A stretch of DNA of 64,000 nucleotides from Azolla caroliniana (lineage: Eukaryota; Plantae; Polypodiophyta), in the NCBI GenBank assembly GCA_043228905.1, contig JBHGNT010000005.1:22258001-22322000 (forward strand), given 5' to 3'. Each line of letters begins with the position of its first letter. Position 1 is the first letter of the stretch. Of this stretch, positions 10,864 through 27,835 are shown in pieces. The notes below the pieces were generated by a model. That model searched no databases. It worked only from the letters and a program-made list of their open reading frames with translations, and was not told the origin of the DNA. The position numbers and the translations under genes are program-made.

Positions 10864-13800
10864 GAATTTCTTCTTGGAATGTGCAAGGACTTGGTGTGTC
10901 TCAACATCAGCTAGAGAAGCGTTGGTTTAGGAGAGAATGGGAAGCTGATGGCCTTTGTAAAACAATTGATATTTTTCTCTTACAAGAGCATCACCTTGGC
11001 CGAGAAAGAACCGAACTTTTCAAAGACCCGTTGCTAGGGGATTGGTACACATGGTGGGCTCCTGCTCATGGCATGTTAAAAAGGAGAGGTGGAATGTGTA
11101 TTTCGGTGAGGCAATCAGCGGATATCACCACCTTGGATCATGGCATATTGATCGAAGGTAGGGCCATGTTCTGCTACTTGGAATGGAGGAATGTAAAATT
11201 TGGGGTGCTGAATGTCTACGCACCTAACATTAGCAATGAGAGGACCTCATTTTGGAGATTGTTGGCAAACAAAATTCCTTCCCTCGACAATTGGATAGTG
11301 GCGGGGGATTTTAACATGACAGAGAGAATGAAAGATTGTCTTGGGGCTCATTCGAACTTGCTACAAGGGGAGGAGCTTAGAGCGTGGGGTTTCTTAATTT
11401 CTAAGTTGGGAATCCGAGATTCATGGTACTCTAGTATGGCGGTTGAGGTGAATTCCTTGAGGTTCTCACAATTTGGCTGGAAGGAGAGTGAAGAATGTCA
11501 CTCTAGATTGGACCGCATCTATGTGAGCCTCGGGATAGAGGAATGGTGTGGCTACTCATCCATTCTAGCTGGTTTTACATATTCGGATCACCTTCCAGTA
11601 TCCTTGACTCTTGAACCTATTTATAAGAAGAAGAGTGAGAGCAATTTGAGGATTCCTCCGAAGATTTTTGGTATCCAGAAGGTTAAGGATGCAATGAATA
11701 CCATTTGGACGACATCCCCATCAGCCCACGACCCGATACAGGTACTGGAGGAAAATATTATTAATTCTTCTTTGTTTCTTCAGAAAGTGGCTAGGGAGGA
11801 GCTGGTAAGGTGTCAATACCGTCTGCAATGCCTGAGGAAGGCGGTCATCTCAGCTCAAAAGCTTATGCAAGTGGACCCATGTTGTGCTTAGGCGAAAGAC
11901 AGGCTGCAGGAGGCCACTAGGTTGTTGCAGGAGGTTAGACAACAACGTGAGCAATTCCTCTTCAGAAAGTCGGCAGCATGGTGGGTTGTCAAGGGTGATA
12001 AAGTTAACAGGGAGTTTTTTTACCAAGACTCTGAAGAGGGGAACACATATTCATAGTCTCAAACGGGAGGATGACTCAATGGCATTTGATCAAGAGGAAA
12101 TCTTGCAAATTACGACTAATTACTACAGAGACCTTTTAGCTCCTACGTTGACAAACGACCCTTTGAGTAACCTGATGCATGATGTAATTACATGCTTGAA
12201 GACCAGGATCGGAGAGGCAGCTAAAGCGCAGTTGTCAAAAGCCATAAAGGAGGAAGAGATTGTAGCGGGGCTAGACAAGATACATAGTATGGCTTGTCCT
12301 GGTGTTGACGGCCTTCCCAAAGCCTTCTTCAAGGAGTTTTGGGAGCAAATTTTTCCAAGCTTGAAAGCTGGACTGCAAGAGATGTGGAGAACGGGACGGA
12401 TGCCGAGTAGCTTCAATGAAGACTTGATCTACTTGATTCCGAAATCAGAGATTGCGTTGCACGAGATTAGACAATGGAGGCCCATTACAATTTTAAATCT
12501 AATTTATAAATTTTTTGCTAACATATTAGTGCAGAGAATCAAGCCCTTCCTAGGTGATATCGTCCAGTACAATCAAACCGGTTTCATGGAGCATTGTTCT
12601 ATTATGGACAACATGATTTTGTTTTGGGAGGCTGTTGCAACGACGAAGTAGACCAATCAAAACTTAGTCTGTGTCTGATGCTCGACTTCGAGAAAGCCTA
12701 TGATCGAGTGCAATGGTCTTTCTTGGGAGAAGTGATGAAGGTCATTGAGCTACCTGTGGAGTGGAGGTGTGCTGCCCAAGCCTTATATAGGAATGGCTCG
12801 AGTAAGGTGTTGATTGCAGGGAGGAAAGGAGCTCGAATCTTTCTAACTTGATCCATCAAGCAGGGTTGTCCTCTTGCCCCCTTTCTTTTCCTTTTTATTA
12901 CTGAAGTAATGTCTGCCCTTTTTAACAGTCAAGGGGCAAATCTTCATGGTCTTTCGATCCCTAATTCAAGGAAGTCCCTACTGGACTCGCAGTTCGCGGA
13001 CGATACGATGCTATACCTCCAAGGAAATGAAGCGAATCTTGAGAGGGCATAGAGTGCTATTGAGCTCTTTTGCAAGGCATCGGGAGCGTCCATCAATTGG
13101 AAGAAGTCCAAGGGTTTTTGGATCAGCTTGGAGTCTGAGCCTGTTTGGAAGCCAAATGCTGAATTCAAATGGATTGCAAACGGGGAAGCCACTAGGTATC
13201 TGGGAATGTGGATTGGGGTGGATATCGACAAAGGAATTCAATTGCAACAAATTCAAAGCAAAATCTGTGACAAAATTCGCAACTGGTCAAGGATGAACTT
13301 CTCATTGGCTGGCAGGATCATAGTAGCTAACCATGTGCTCTTGTCTACGTTATGGCATGCAGTTTTAGTGTGGATGTTTGACAAGCAAGCTATTCGTAAT
13401 GTTAAAGCGTGTATTAGGGGATTCCTTTGGGCTGGGTTGAGGAAAGACAACGCGGCAGCCAAAGTATCATGGTCTACGTTGGTTCTTCCCAAGAGTAAGG
13501 GGGGTTTAGGATTGATTGACCCTGAATTGTAGAGTCAAGCATTGTTATGTAAGGTATTCGTAAGGAGCTTGCTACCTGGTAACGAGTTATGGAAAACATT
13601 GATACATAATAGGAGCATTGTCTAGAGTCCAAGACTGGGTGGGCAATGGAAGTCACACAAAGCATGGCCTTTTTGTATGGACTTAAAGTTGAGGAAATCT
13701 AACCAGTTGGCTGATCGTACTTGTATGTCAGTGATGCAGGCGTGGAGTATGCTCCGTGGGCATCTAAGTCGGAATTGTCCAAGTACTAATGTTGAATGGA

Positions 13801-15121
13801 TGCACCAACCCCTACTGTGGAACGAGATCATACAGTCGCCAAAAGGAACGATGCTTGGACAAAGCAAGCGCATGTTGTGGGCTACATTGTATTGTCTAGG
13901 GATACACTCGGTGGCTGATTGGATGCGGCTGTCCGGCAATAATTGTGATCAATTATATGAAGACGTGGGAAAGGTCAGAAATGGCAGAAAGATGCTTGAC
14001 GTAGTCAGTACAACTGTCTCCTCGCTTCCTATTGGCAATGAGGAAGAGGGTGAATGGTCCGGACAATGTGATGATATCGGAAAAATTATCAATGTCAGGG
14101 GTCTAGGAAAGAATAGGAAGACCGTGCAGATGGGATTATTAGATGAAAGTGCAGGCTGGTACCCGATTAGAATTGTGGCAAGAGCCGGAAAGAAATGGAA
14201 GGTGAATCCACCAGTCGAAGAGGTTGAGGAGGACTGGATCTTGTACGTGGTTGAAGGCAAGCCTCTCGAGCGCGTAGAATGGGATCCCGCTGAATATACG
14301 TGGAAGGGAGAACAAGATAAATCATTAGGTTTCTTCGAATACTCGACGCGGTTGGGGAGAAAGTTAGGTTCATATCGTGAGAAGTGTGCCAACAAGTGGT
14401 CCCATGCAGCTATCGATTCAGCCTTCGTGGATAGAACTAGGAGCAGGATATGGAACTCACCCCTTCCCGAGCGGATCAAAGTGTTTTTCTGGTTAATCAC
14501 CCATCGGGTTGTTCCAACGGGAGAGTGGCTTGGGAATAGAGGCGGCATGAGTGGTTGCAAGGCCTGTAGTGCGAGCTTGGAGGACATCGCTCATTGTTTG
14601 TGGTGCTACCCTCGAGCGCAAGAAATTGGAGCTTAAGAATCTTGGCTCGGTTTGGGGTTGAGGTGCATGTAACGAGCGCAACAATCACTTGGTTGACCAT
14701 TGAATCGGCCTCGTGGTTTCAAGGGTGGAATGGAAACAATCCTTCTTTAAAGGTGATGCAAGGATCTGTGCAACCAGCGCAAGGAGGTTTATTCTTCTTA
14801 CAAGAACGCTGCGTGGACATATGGGTATTAGTGGTCGGCCTTACGGTCTGGCAAGTGTGGGTATCTAGGTGCAAGGAGACTTTCACATGTAAACGAACCC
14901 CACCGGCTGAGAATTGACTGATGATCTGGTTCAATCTTATTTCTACGTTGCGAGGTGAGTTTGAAAGTCTTCAAGGGCCATCTGACACAAGTGAAGAAGC
15001 TAGAGCTCGTTTCTTGCTGAAATGGAGCGGTTCGTCGATGATGCAGATAATGGATGGTAAAGTGAAGTGGAATTATCAACCACCACGGTGGTTGTTCCCT
15101 CCAAGTGTACCTAACATCTAG
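10860..15121 (+). pseudogene. L1 ORF2 (APE endonuclease, reverse transcriptase, zinc finger), disrupted
   Basis: Motifs MRISSWNVQGL, LQEHH, NVYAP, GDFN, SRLDRIY, SDH, WRPITILN, DFEKAYDRV, QGCPL, FADD, YLG and CKAC..H..W. Several in-frame stops. Confidence 0.95.
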
Positions 15122-15810
15122 ATGGGTGCTGCCATGAGGAGTGAATGGAGGACATCTATGTTGAATTCTGTTTGTATGAGGCTCACGTGGAGAATATGTG
15201 TTCGAGTAATGCTATACACATAGAATGATGTGGTGCTTTGGAGTTTTTTTTTTGTTGTTGTTTCATCTACACATTGTTTTCCTTCGACATGCAAGATGTC
15301 TTGTAAGATATGAGTTGTAAATTATCCTTTGTAGATTGCTTAACTAATGGAAGTAGTTTTTTTTTGGAAAAATATAACTAAAATACAAATTGTACATATC
15401 CTTAGTATTTCAATGAAATCTAGAGTGAAAAAAAAACTTATGAAGGTTTATGCATTATTCATATATCATGAAATTCCATTTAATGCTATTATGTCAGTGT
15501 TTAATTGACAACAAGTGTTTGATCCTTTTCCCTTACTAAGTACCTAGCCTATGCCGTTGAGACATCCCCATAAGTTATAACCTTCATATAGTGTGATTTT
15601 TACTATATATAACTCTTGGAGGGTACTTGATTTGAATTGACATTTAGACTACCAATCCCCAATGACTAGTTTCATAATTTACTATCTTGATAATCTCAAT
15701 GATTTGTTGATTTTTAATAATGGACATCCCAAAATGCATGCAATTTTATTATATTGGCATTCTCATGAGTTCACATTGGAGCAAACATTGTAATCAACAA
15801 TAACAAAAGG

Positions 15811-16623
15811 ATTATTATTAGAATTTTTATCGTCCATAAAGAGGCCAAATTTGACCTATGGGACCAGAGTATACATGTGTTCTTGATATATGTCTCCTTC
15901 CTAAGAAGGGGTATTCATACGTTGAAGCACAAAGTCTCTATGTGTTAGTAAAGCATACACATATGAGCTCAACCTTCTAGGTGGTGTCTTAAGTATGGCA
16001 CTTAAGTTATCACTCCCTCTTAGTATGTTAACATATCTTGAACGAATTGCACTATATGTCGAGCATGTGAAGAGCAAGTGACATTCATCCTCTACCATGC
16101 CTTCATTGCATACTTTACATGTCCTCAAATTCGTTACATTTTGCTACCATGATGCAACTTCAATACCTAACTTGTGAGATCAAGTGTGAAGTAGTGTAAG
16201 GGCTCTACGAGCATTACTACGCATATTGGTAATGAGATAAGGTTGGATACGATCAATAGACATTCTTTGCTTTATATTGAGACCAACATTCAGGGTTGAC
16301 ATTTGCAATGTAGTATTCTAGTTTTGTCCTCTTAGCATCCTCCCACTTCATCCTTAATGATTCCACCAACCTTTCCTCAATCATTACATACTATATAATA
16401 GATCATCCACACTCTATCTTCTAAACCATTTCCTTATGTTAACAACCCAACTAGACGAGAGAATCTTAGTTTTATGATTCTTTTGTAGCTTACATCCAAC
16501 ATTCCAAGCAAGATGTGGTAATCGATGATTCGGCATATTCTTGACTTTTGTAATGTATTTATATACTCTTTGGAGTGCCAATAGTTCTATGGGTCAAACA
16601 CCAGTTTCCAAAAGGTTTCTTGA
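15811..16623 (-). mobile_element. 5'-truncated RTEX-like (non-L1) LINE
   Basis: ETGV.PIEL, SHKLGIE and RTCKVCNEGMVEDECHLLFTC C-terminal motifs. (TAA)n tail at 15811-15820. 9-bp TSD aacaaaagg at 15802-15810 and 16624-16632. Clade assignment by motif memory only. Confidence 0.75.
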
Positions 16624-17199
16624 AACAAAAGGTGGTTGATTGGACTGATTTTCAAGACTATTATGTAATATAGGCACATTGAAGTGGTGGTAAGAAATGT
16701 TTTTGTAGCAATACCTATTTTGCGTATAAAATGTTATCTATGCCTTCAATGCATTTCCGTTAAACTTTAGATTCTTTGAAACCATTCTATGTTTCTTGAA
16801 ACCAAACCAAAATTGTCAAATTTGGAAAAATGTCATGTTTTACGTATGAATATTGTTCTTTATAGGAACAACATTAAATGGAATCATAATCTCAAACTCA
16901 TGCACCTGTGTATTCATCTTCTATCAATATTGGTCATGGGCCAACAAGCATATAAAAAAACAGGCAACTACTATCATGGATGGATGCTCACATCACATTT
17001 TTTATGAATAAGGGCACTCCTTGATGTTGATGTCATCGTTGTCATGTTTGTTGGTCTTCTACAACATCCACGGGTAGTATAACAAAGCCTTTAGCAGAAA
17101 ATCCTCGTCTATTAGGCATTCCAAACCAAAAAACAAGTATTTCATGATCCATTTAATCTTCTATTGAATTTGCTAAAGTAGATCTCATGTTTTAGAGAA

Positions 17200-18955
17200 G
17201 AAAATTGATGGTGCAATCATGAAGTATGTTGTGAAGGGAACATTGCCCCATGTACATTTGGAATCACCTTAATTTAAGGAGTTCATACAACTTGTGCCTA
17301 GATATCAATTGAAGGCAAGACACGATTAAATGCTCTATCTTAGAAATACTTGTGGTGTTGCACCATCAAGTGATAGATTTGCTATCTAAAAGTTAGTCAA
17401 GATTTTCTATAACATTTGATGATTGGTCAAATAGTAGTCTAAAGGCGTCTACTTAGTGACTCTTCATTAGGCATGTCACGAGACAACAAAGTCAATGGCA
17501 ATGCTATTGGATTTTGTGCATGTATTCCAGGTGCTAGATTAGGAAAACATTATGCACATGGCCACTTTTGTCGACTTTGATCTTTTTATATTTCTAATAA
17601 ATTATTAGCTACAATTTTTATGGAGCTATTGATGCACAAGTAGCTGGAAAGGAGTTGAATATTACACATGGTAAGGAAATTTTGGCTCCCTCATATATGT
17701 TAAGATGTATAGTGCATACTTTTGAGTTGGGCATCAAGTCAACATTAGACATTATCTCACCCTCAACAAAAAGTTAAGACCATGCTCCATACTATTAGAT
17801 CTAGCAATGTTTGAAGGTAAGTGTTTAGGAAGTATTGTTAGAATGGTTGAACATCATGAAAGGGAACCCCCAAGGCTTGATGTTGTTACAAGATGGAATT
17901 CTACCTTGGAAATGTTCAGGCGGGCTATCAAAGATAGAGATGTATTGAGTCTTACAGTTTTAAATTTAACCATTTCAAGTGATTTCAATGGTTATGTCTT
18001 GACTAGGGAAGATTGGAGTCACATTCATGCCCTGGAGGAATGGCTAGATACACCTATGAAGGTTTCTACTTTTTTGGGAGGATCAACATATCTTATGCTA
18101 TCACTAGAATCACTTGTGTATAATTGTTTACTAAACCATTGTAATCAATTTTTAGATTCTTCACTTCTAGAATCTCTAGATTCACACAAAAAGCGTTTCA
18201 AAGAGCCTCTGAGAATTGTTTGTACAATGTTTAATTTAGTATCAAGAATCGTTGAAATCTATCCCATCTCACATTGCAATTTTTCTTTATCCCAGATAAT
18301 CCTTAACTTTATGTTTTCTAATTTGCATCATGTTTTCCAATTTTGTATTTGAATTTTAAAAATATTTTATTTTTTACATAGATTGTCTCTTCCAATGACC
18401 ATACAAGAAGAGATTTAAATATTAAGTTGGTTGAAAGCAAGATTGAATCCCATTGTCACTCGTTCTCGAGTGATGTCGAGCCACCTTCAACCACAATGCA
18501 TCCAAATGATAACAATTTTAAATATTGGAGCTTAATGGGTGTAAATAATAAAAGTGTTTTTTCTTATTCACGATCCGAAAATGGGGTGCTTCATAAGACT
18601 TCCTGCAACTGACATAGACAATGATCTTTTACAATGGTGGCATGATAATAAATTTACAATGCCATAACTATATAAGATGGCATGTGGTTACCTTGTTATA
18701 CTAGCATCATCAATACATGTTTAAGAGGCTAATTCAACAACAAGAATGACCTTTGATGGCAGAGATAAACTACATTTGTGCACATTCAAGGCTGAAATAT
18801 GTAATGGATCATGGATGAAAGTTTTACAAGAATATGATGTTCTATTGACAAATAATTTTCACACGGCTTATGAAGAACTAAAAATTTATGTAGATGATCT
18901 TGTTGGTGAAGATGAGGTAATAGATTACGTATTACGTGATAGTTATGGGAGATGA
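17200..18955 (+). pseudogene. hAT transposase pseudogene
   Basis: FDDWSN (first catalytic D region), RCIVH (CxxH), LDVVTRWNSTLEM, and dimerisation domain LQWWHDN...MACGYLVILASS. Many stops and frameshifts. Confidence 0.88.
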
Positions 18956-21716
18956 GGTGTGCATAATTTTCATTGCTTTACTTCACAATAGAATGATAAC
19001 TCAAGTTGCAAATAGAGATCTAGGACATCGAAATAGTTCAAGACATTGTAATTTTTTTTCGATGAGAAAGACATTATAATTTTCTAGTTTAACAATATAC
19101 ATCTAGTTTAATTTTGTGTTTTTCCCCCCTTGTTTAACAATATAAATTTGGTTTAATTTTTCTGACTTTTTTGAATGAGAAAGACATTGTGATTTTTTGG
19201 TTTAGCAATATACACATGGTTTAACAATATAATTTCCAATTTAATGGCTTGAATATTTCGGCTTAATAGTTTAACAAATTACTTTATGGCTTACTAGTTT
19301 AATTCGTTTACGGGTTTAATAGGTGGTTTAGTTTTGATTTAGGATTAAATGGTTTGGTTTGGTTTTGATGTGTGATAAACCAATTCGGTTTCATTCCCAA
19401 TTTTTCATAAATAATTTTGTTGAAACAATTTGAGTTTACCTACTTTTTGAACGTTTTCGCTTAAATGGATTTGTTCTAAACGATTCAGTTTAAGTGGCTT
19501 GGTTCTAAACGGTTCGACATAAATGGCTTGGTAATTTGTAGACAGGTTTGGTTTGGTTTTCATTATGTACAAATGGTTTGGTTTGGTTTCAAGGAGTCCT
19601 TAGTTATTGATTCACCATGGAACTCAAGCATGTCTAGATCTGTATTAGATTCCCAAGATAATCTCATTGTTTGTTAGGTGAGGGCCATGGAGTTAAGTGT
19701 GCACTAAGTGATTATAAATGACGTGGTTGAGACTTATAGGATATTTTGTGTTTTATTTATATTTTTGGTGAGATATGTTAGATTAACCCTCTTTTGGGCA
19801 TGTTTGTTGTCGTGAGGATGCTCTTTGTGTTCCTTCCCCTTTTTCTTTGTCTTTCACATAATTTTTGTTATCCCCAATAGCACAACCAAAAATAACTATA
19901 CTCTCAAAGAGTGTCCTCGGCGAGGATCTTTATTCAATTGGAATTTGTGCTTCTTGGTTGAGGTCATTTGTAAGTTCAAACAACCATATTCCCTCTTGAT
20001 TATTAGGCGAGCGAAGAATATTCTCAAATTTCTCGAAGCTTTAGCTATGAACATAGTTCAAGTTAATCAACCTAGGCCATATAAAAAGACAAGTGAAGAA
20101 GAAAAAATGATCTCAACTACAAAACTTGTTAATCATTCAAGAAAGAAAGATATATTACATCTTTTTGGAGGCCAAAATGGCCTATAAGACCAAACAAGAG
20201 ATTACATCTTAAGTATGACCTCATCTTTGAGAACAACAAATCAAAATAAAATAAATATTACTCAATAAATAAGATAAAAGTAAATCAAGGAGAATAGAAG
20301 TCTCAAATAGGAGTTACAAATCATTTAATGTTCATTTGCTTAACAAGACTACAAGTGTTAGCAAGAGCTCAAAAGAAGACCCTAGCTAGGGTGTGAATTG
20401 TGGATGATATGTTTTCCATTGACTCTTCCAAATTCAAAGTTGGAATTTTCAAGATTTTCACGGATATGTTTTGGTATGAAACAAAAAGTCAAGCACGATA
20501 TAAATGGACCATAATGGTTATCAATTTGTAGACAACATTATTTTTCTAAGCATTGGGATGAAACACGGACCGTGTTTATCAATTTGTAGTTTTTGTCTTC
20601 TCTTTCACTCCTCGTTGGCACAATGATGTTTCTTTGTTGCTCTTCCTCTCTCAACGATTGTGTAATGGGAAATTTCCAACGCAAAAGCCTTTCAAGCACC
20701 ATATACTATTTATAGTGTTGTGTTGTTGATAAATGAGAAATGCATCATGTTTACAAAAGCTTATCACCACAAGCCACAAAGAAAGAAAGGAACAAAACAC
20801 AAACTAAAAGCGTTGAAAAAGTATAGGTTAGCATGAGAAAACCCCACGGAAAGGTAGAAAACATAGCACATGACAAAGCAAGCCATATTGCCAAACGATG
20901 CGTGAAAATGTACCAACTAGCTCACCAAGAGACAATATTTCTGCAAAAGAAGCATTCACCGTCGCTTTTTACGAAGTGTATTATTTTGTATAGTTCTTTT
21001 GAATGCTAATCCGAATAAAAAACGTCATCTTACGAAGTTTATCATCATTAAGGCTTGATACTCTTCTCTCTGTTTCTCTCTCTTGATGACACAACTTCAC
21101 TCTCTCTCTTGCAAGGGTAGTTTTCATAGTTTTGGTCCTTGGATTACCAAATCCAATTCTTGGAGAATGCTTACGTGCCGAAAAAGAAAGCAAATTAGGA
21201 CCATATAAGAATCAACAAACGAATATTGAATATTTGTAAAAAAGAGAATTGGAGAGGTTGAAAGCATGCACAAAAGAATCACAAACAATGTATGTACAGT
21301 GGTAGAAACTCATTAGAGAAGTCGTTCGAAAAGAATGTATAAGATATTTGCTAATTGCATTTAAAAGGACCAAGAATGTTCGAATACAACTAACCAGTAG
21401 AAGGGTTGTCTCTGAGCAATCATATCTCTGATATCCCATGCTACATCATGACTTATTATCATCATCATCATCGATCAAATACCATGGATTTGATGTATAC
21501 AATTGTTTTGTCTCCATCCATATCCTTGATATATATTATATAAATATGTATTTATGTAGGCACCCATTGAAAGAAATATGAAAGGGGAGCAAGGTGCTTA
21601 ATGATTTCATGTCCACTTTGTACAATATGACCATCATTGAAAGCATTAACTAAGCAAAAAAGGAACTCGTCGAAAGTGTACTCCTTCGTAAAGCTGCTTT
21701 TGCTGAAAACATGCAA

Positions 21717-24871
<3,155 letters not shown>

Positions 24872-25356
24872 TCAATCTTCGAGAACCAATGAAATATCGA
24901 AACAAAAACAGAAAATCTAACCCTAAACCCTAAGTCATACTAATGAAATATGAGAAAAGGACAGAAATTTAACCCTACTACTCTAAAAGCCTGAAGCATA
25001 ACCCATAAAGATTACATATATACATAATACATAAATTAGAGAACAAATGAAACTAAAACAATGACAGAAATCTAACCCTAAACCTTAAAACCATACATAC
25101 ATGCATATATATCAATTAGATAACAAAAGTAAACAAAAAAGGGGACAGAAATCTAACGCTAAACCCTAAACATACATACATGCATATATAAAGACATTAA
25201 GGCAGAATATGCACATATATTGAGAGGAGAAAAAGAAGAATGGAGAGGTCAAGAAACTGACAAAAATTGATAGTAATAATGTACTAAAACGGAGTTATAT
25301 AGATAAAGCTTGGTATAATGTTTTTCTCAGAAGAAGAAATGTGTTGAAGCTCTTGA

Positions 25357-25441
25357 TAGCCATAGCCATAGCCATAGCCATAGTCATAGTCATACCCATA
25401 GCCATAGCCATAGCCATAGCCATATCCCATAGCCATAGCCA
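25357..25441. repeat. (GCCATA)n hexamer repeat upstream of the kinase, possibly in its 5' UTR
   Basis: About 14 imperfect copies visible. Confidence 0.9.
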
Positions 25442-27779
25442 GAAGAAGTAGTTTAATAGTATTAGTAGTAGAAGGGGAGGCAGCAGGAGTAATGGAGAGG
25501 GCTAAGTGGAAACCCTCACTCTCTCTTCTCTTCACTTCTCTGCCTGTTCTTCTTCTTCTTCTTCTTCTGATTTTCTGCTTTCCTCTGTTCTTCTTCTGCT
25601 TCCTTTGCTCTGTTTTGTTTTTTTTTGTTCCTTTCTCTGTGTATGTGTGGGCTTCAATGATTATGAAGTAATTAGTCTTCTCACACAAATCATATCATAC
25701 AAAACCAAAGTTTAAGAATATTACGAATATACTCCCAATGTTTCCGATCGCTCTCGATTCCATCGGAAACTATTTACTATTTAACTCTCAGATCCTCTCG
25801 TTCCACGAATGTTTCGCTCGCTCGAAACTCTACTCTCTCAGATTCTCGTGTGTCCCCGCAATGCTTTTGCTCGATCCGGTCGATTTGTTAACTATTTATC
25901 CAACCGATTCTCCGTTCCAATGCCCCCGATCGATCTTTACCTCAAAATCCTTAACTATATTTGCATGCAAATTCTCCATCCCCGCTCCAGCATTTCACTT
26001 TGATCTGGCTTGCTGACTGATTCTCGTTCCGGTGTTTCGTCCGATCGACAATATTGACCTTTATCAAACACCAGCTTGACGATAGTATGCATTCATGCGC
26101 ACATGTGTGTGTGTGTGTGTGTGTGTGTATTTACTATTGATTGTATGCACCCCTACTTGTTGTCTCGCCTCGCCATGATTGCAATAGAGCCCCTCCTTCG
26201 CCTTACCCCCCCACCCTACGATCCTTACCTGAATCGTATCCGCATGACGCCGTGTTGTGAGCACGGGATTTCCCGTTTCTCTTTCCCATGCCACATACTC
26301 GTCAACAACACGTGGCATGCGGAGCACACAAAATTGCATTTACTATCCAAGATTCCCAGTCGGGTGTGAATGTAGGATCTTTTTGTCCCACTAGGGTGAA
26401 GGAGAAAACGGGTCTACGTATTGTTTACTTCGATACTTTTGTCGCGTAGATATATGGAAGAGAGTGAGTGAGTGAGAGAGAGAACGTAGGTCCAAAGGAG
26501 GGTGAGAGAATTAGGATTGACTGTGACATGACTTGCTTTCTTTATTGTGCTCTGGAAACTTGACAAGTAATGACATCAAAATGCGTATCAACTTTTTCTT
26601 GTCTACATATATTATCGTATATCTTATTATGCATCGAGGAACATAACAACGGGCATCTGTCATGTGAAAAGTAGGTGTTTCTCTCTCATGGCATAGATCA
26701 CATTGGATATCTTGTGGACATTAATAATCTATCTATCTCATGCACACAAATGCATGCATGCATCGGCCAAGTTTGAATGTAAAAAGAAATCTATACAAAA
26801 ATCTTGCATATGTATGTTGTAAGATTCTTTGATCCTTTTGTTTATTCTATCACGCAAGCAAAGTCAGGGAAACTCTGCTTTATCTAGAACCTTGGCGTTC
26901 TTCCTAAAAATATACTTAAAACACTTTAAAGTGGGTCTCACGTAATTGATCGCATAGATTATGTGTGTACTTAGTTAGATGATGCTTTTACAACTTAATA
27001 GTTTGGTCACAATTTGCTCAGTGAACGAATATTTATTCTCGACGTCACTATTGAAGATAACGAATGTGATGCTACCATGGTGTTGTCAATAAGGGTCGAA
27101 ACATGAAACATTCATAAAACAAGCAATTCTCTTCTTATATTGAAGTATCTCAATTATACTCATGAACAAACATGTCGACACCTCGTACACAAGCTGGATG
27201 AGAATCTAGACGTCATATATATAATCATTTATTGTATCATGTTACACTATGCATGATGTATGCATACTATATCCACCATATATGTATGATCAACAAGTTT
27301 TCTTGGCAGACTCACATAATTTGACAGCATAAAGGGAGATACTTCCATTATATATACGTATATCAACCACACATAATTGTACGAGATATAAATGAAATAT
27401 GTCATGTTACACATCTACATGTATACTTTCCAGATTTTGCAAATATGCAAACAATGAATACAAATTCATACTTAGAAAGGAATACTATAGAATATTTTCG
27501 TGTAAAAACAATAGAAATTTCCAATTATGTGCATATTCTTAGTACACAAAAACTACGTATGTGCATATTCTTAGTCCAATTACCTTCCAAACAAGCTCTA
27601 CACAAAATTAAGCTCGTCGTTTTGTACAAATTGTTGATTATAGTTGATTTACTAACATAATTGGGATCTTCATGGTAATCGTCCTCCATCTTGCTTAATA
27701 TACATACATTATGTTCGTTGGTATATATATATTTGTTTATCTTCCTTTTTTTTTGTAAAATCACACAATTATATTTGTT

Positions 27780-27835
<56 letters not shown>

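Larger units (their letters stand above)
8436..15370 (+). mobile_element. Full-length but mutated L1-clade LINE (about 6.9 kb)
   Basis: Perfect 15-bp TSD aatataactaaaata at 8421-8435 and 15371-15385. ORF1 has a CCHC knuckle; ORF2 has APE, RT and a zinc finger; 3' tail is T9-GG-An. Confidence 0.95.
4014..19599 (+). mobile_element. hAT DNA transposon (about 15.6 kb including nested LINEs)
   Basis: Termini GGGCTC...GAGTCC flanked by near-identical 8-mers ttagctat (4006-4013) and ttagttat (19600-19607). GGTTTGGTTT/TTCGGTT subterminal repeats at both ends. Decayed hAT transposase inside. Confidence 0.75.

Noticed and set aside
24915-25170. Interstitial telomere
   Set aside because: Only scattered 1-2 copy AAACCCT motifs (telo-box-like) near a gene 5' end; similarly at 57458-57474.
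25284-25688. 134-aa ORF with a GYGY repeat
   Set aside because: Product of purine-rich and (GCCATA)n simple repeats near the kinase 5' end.
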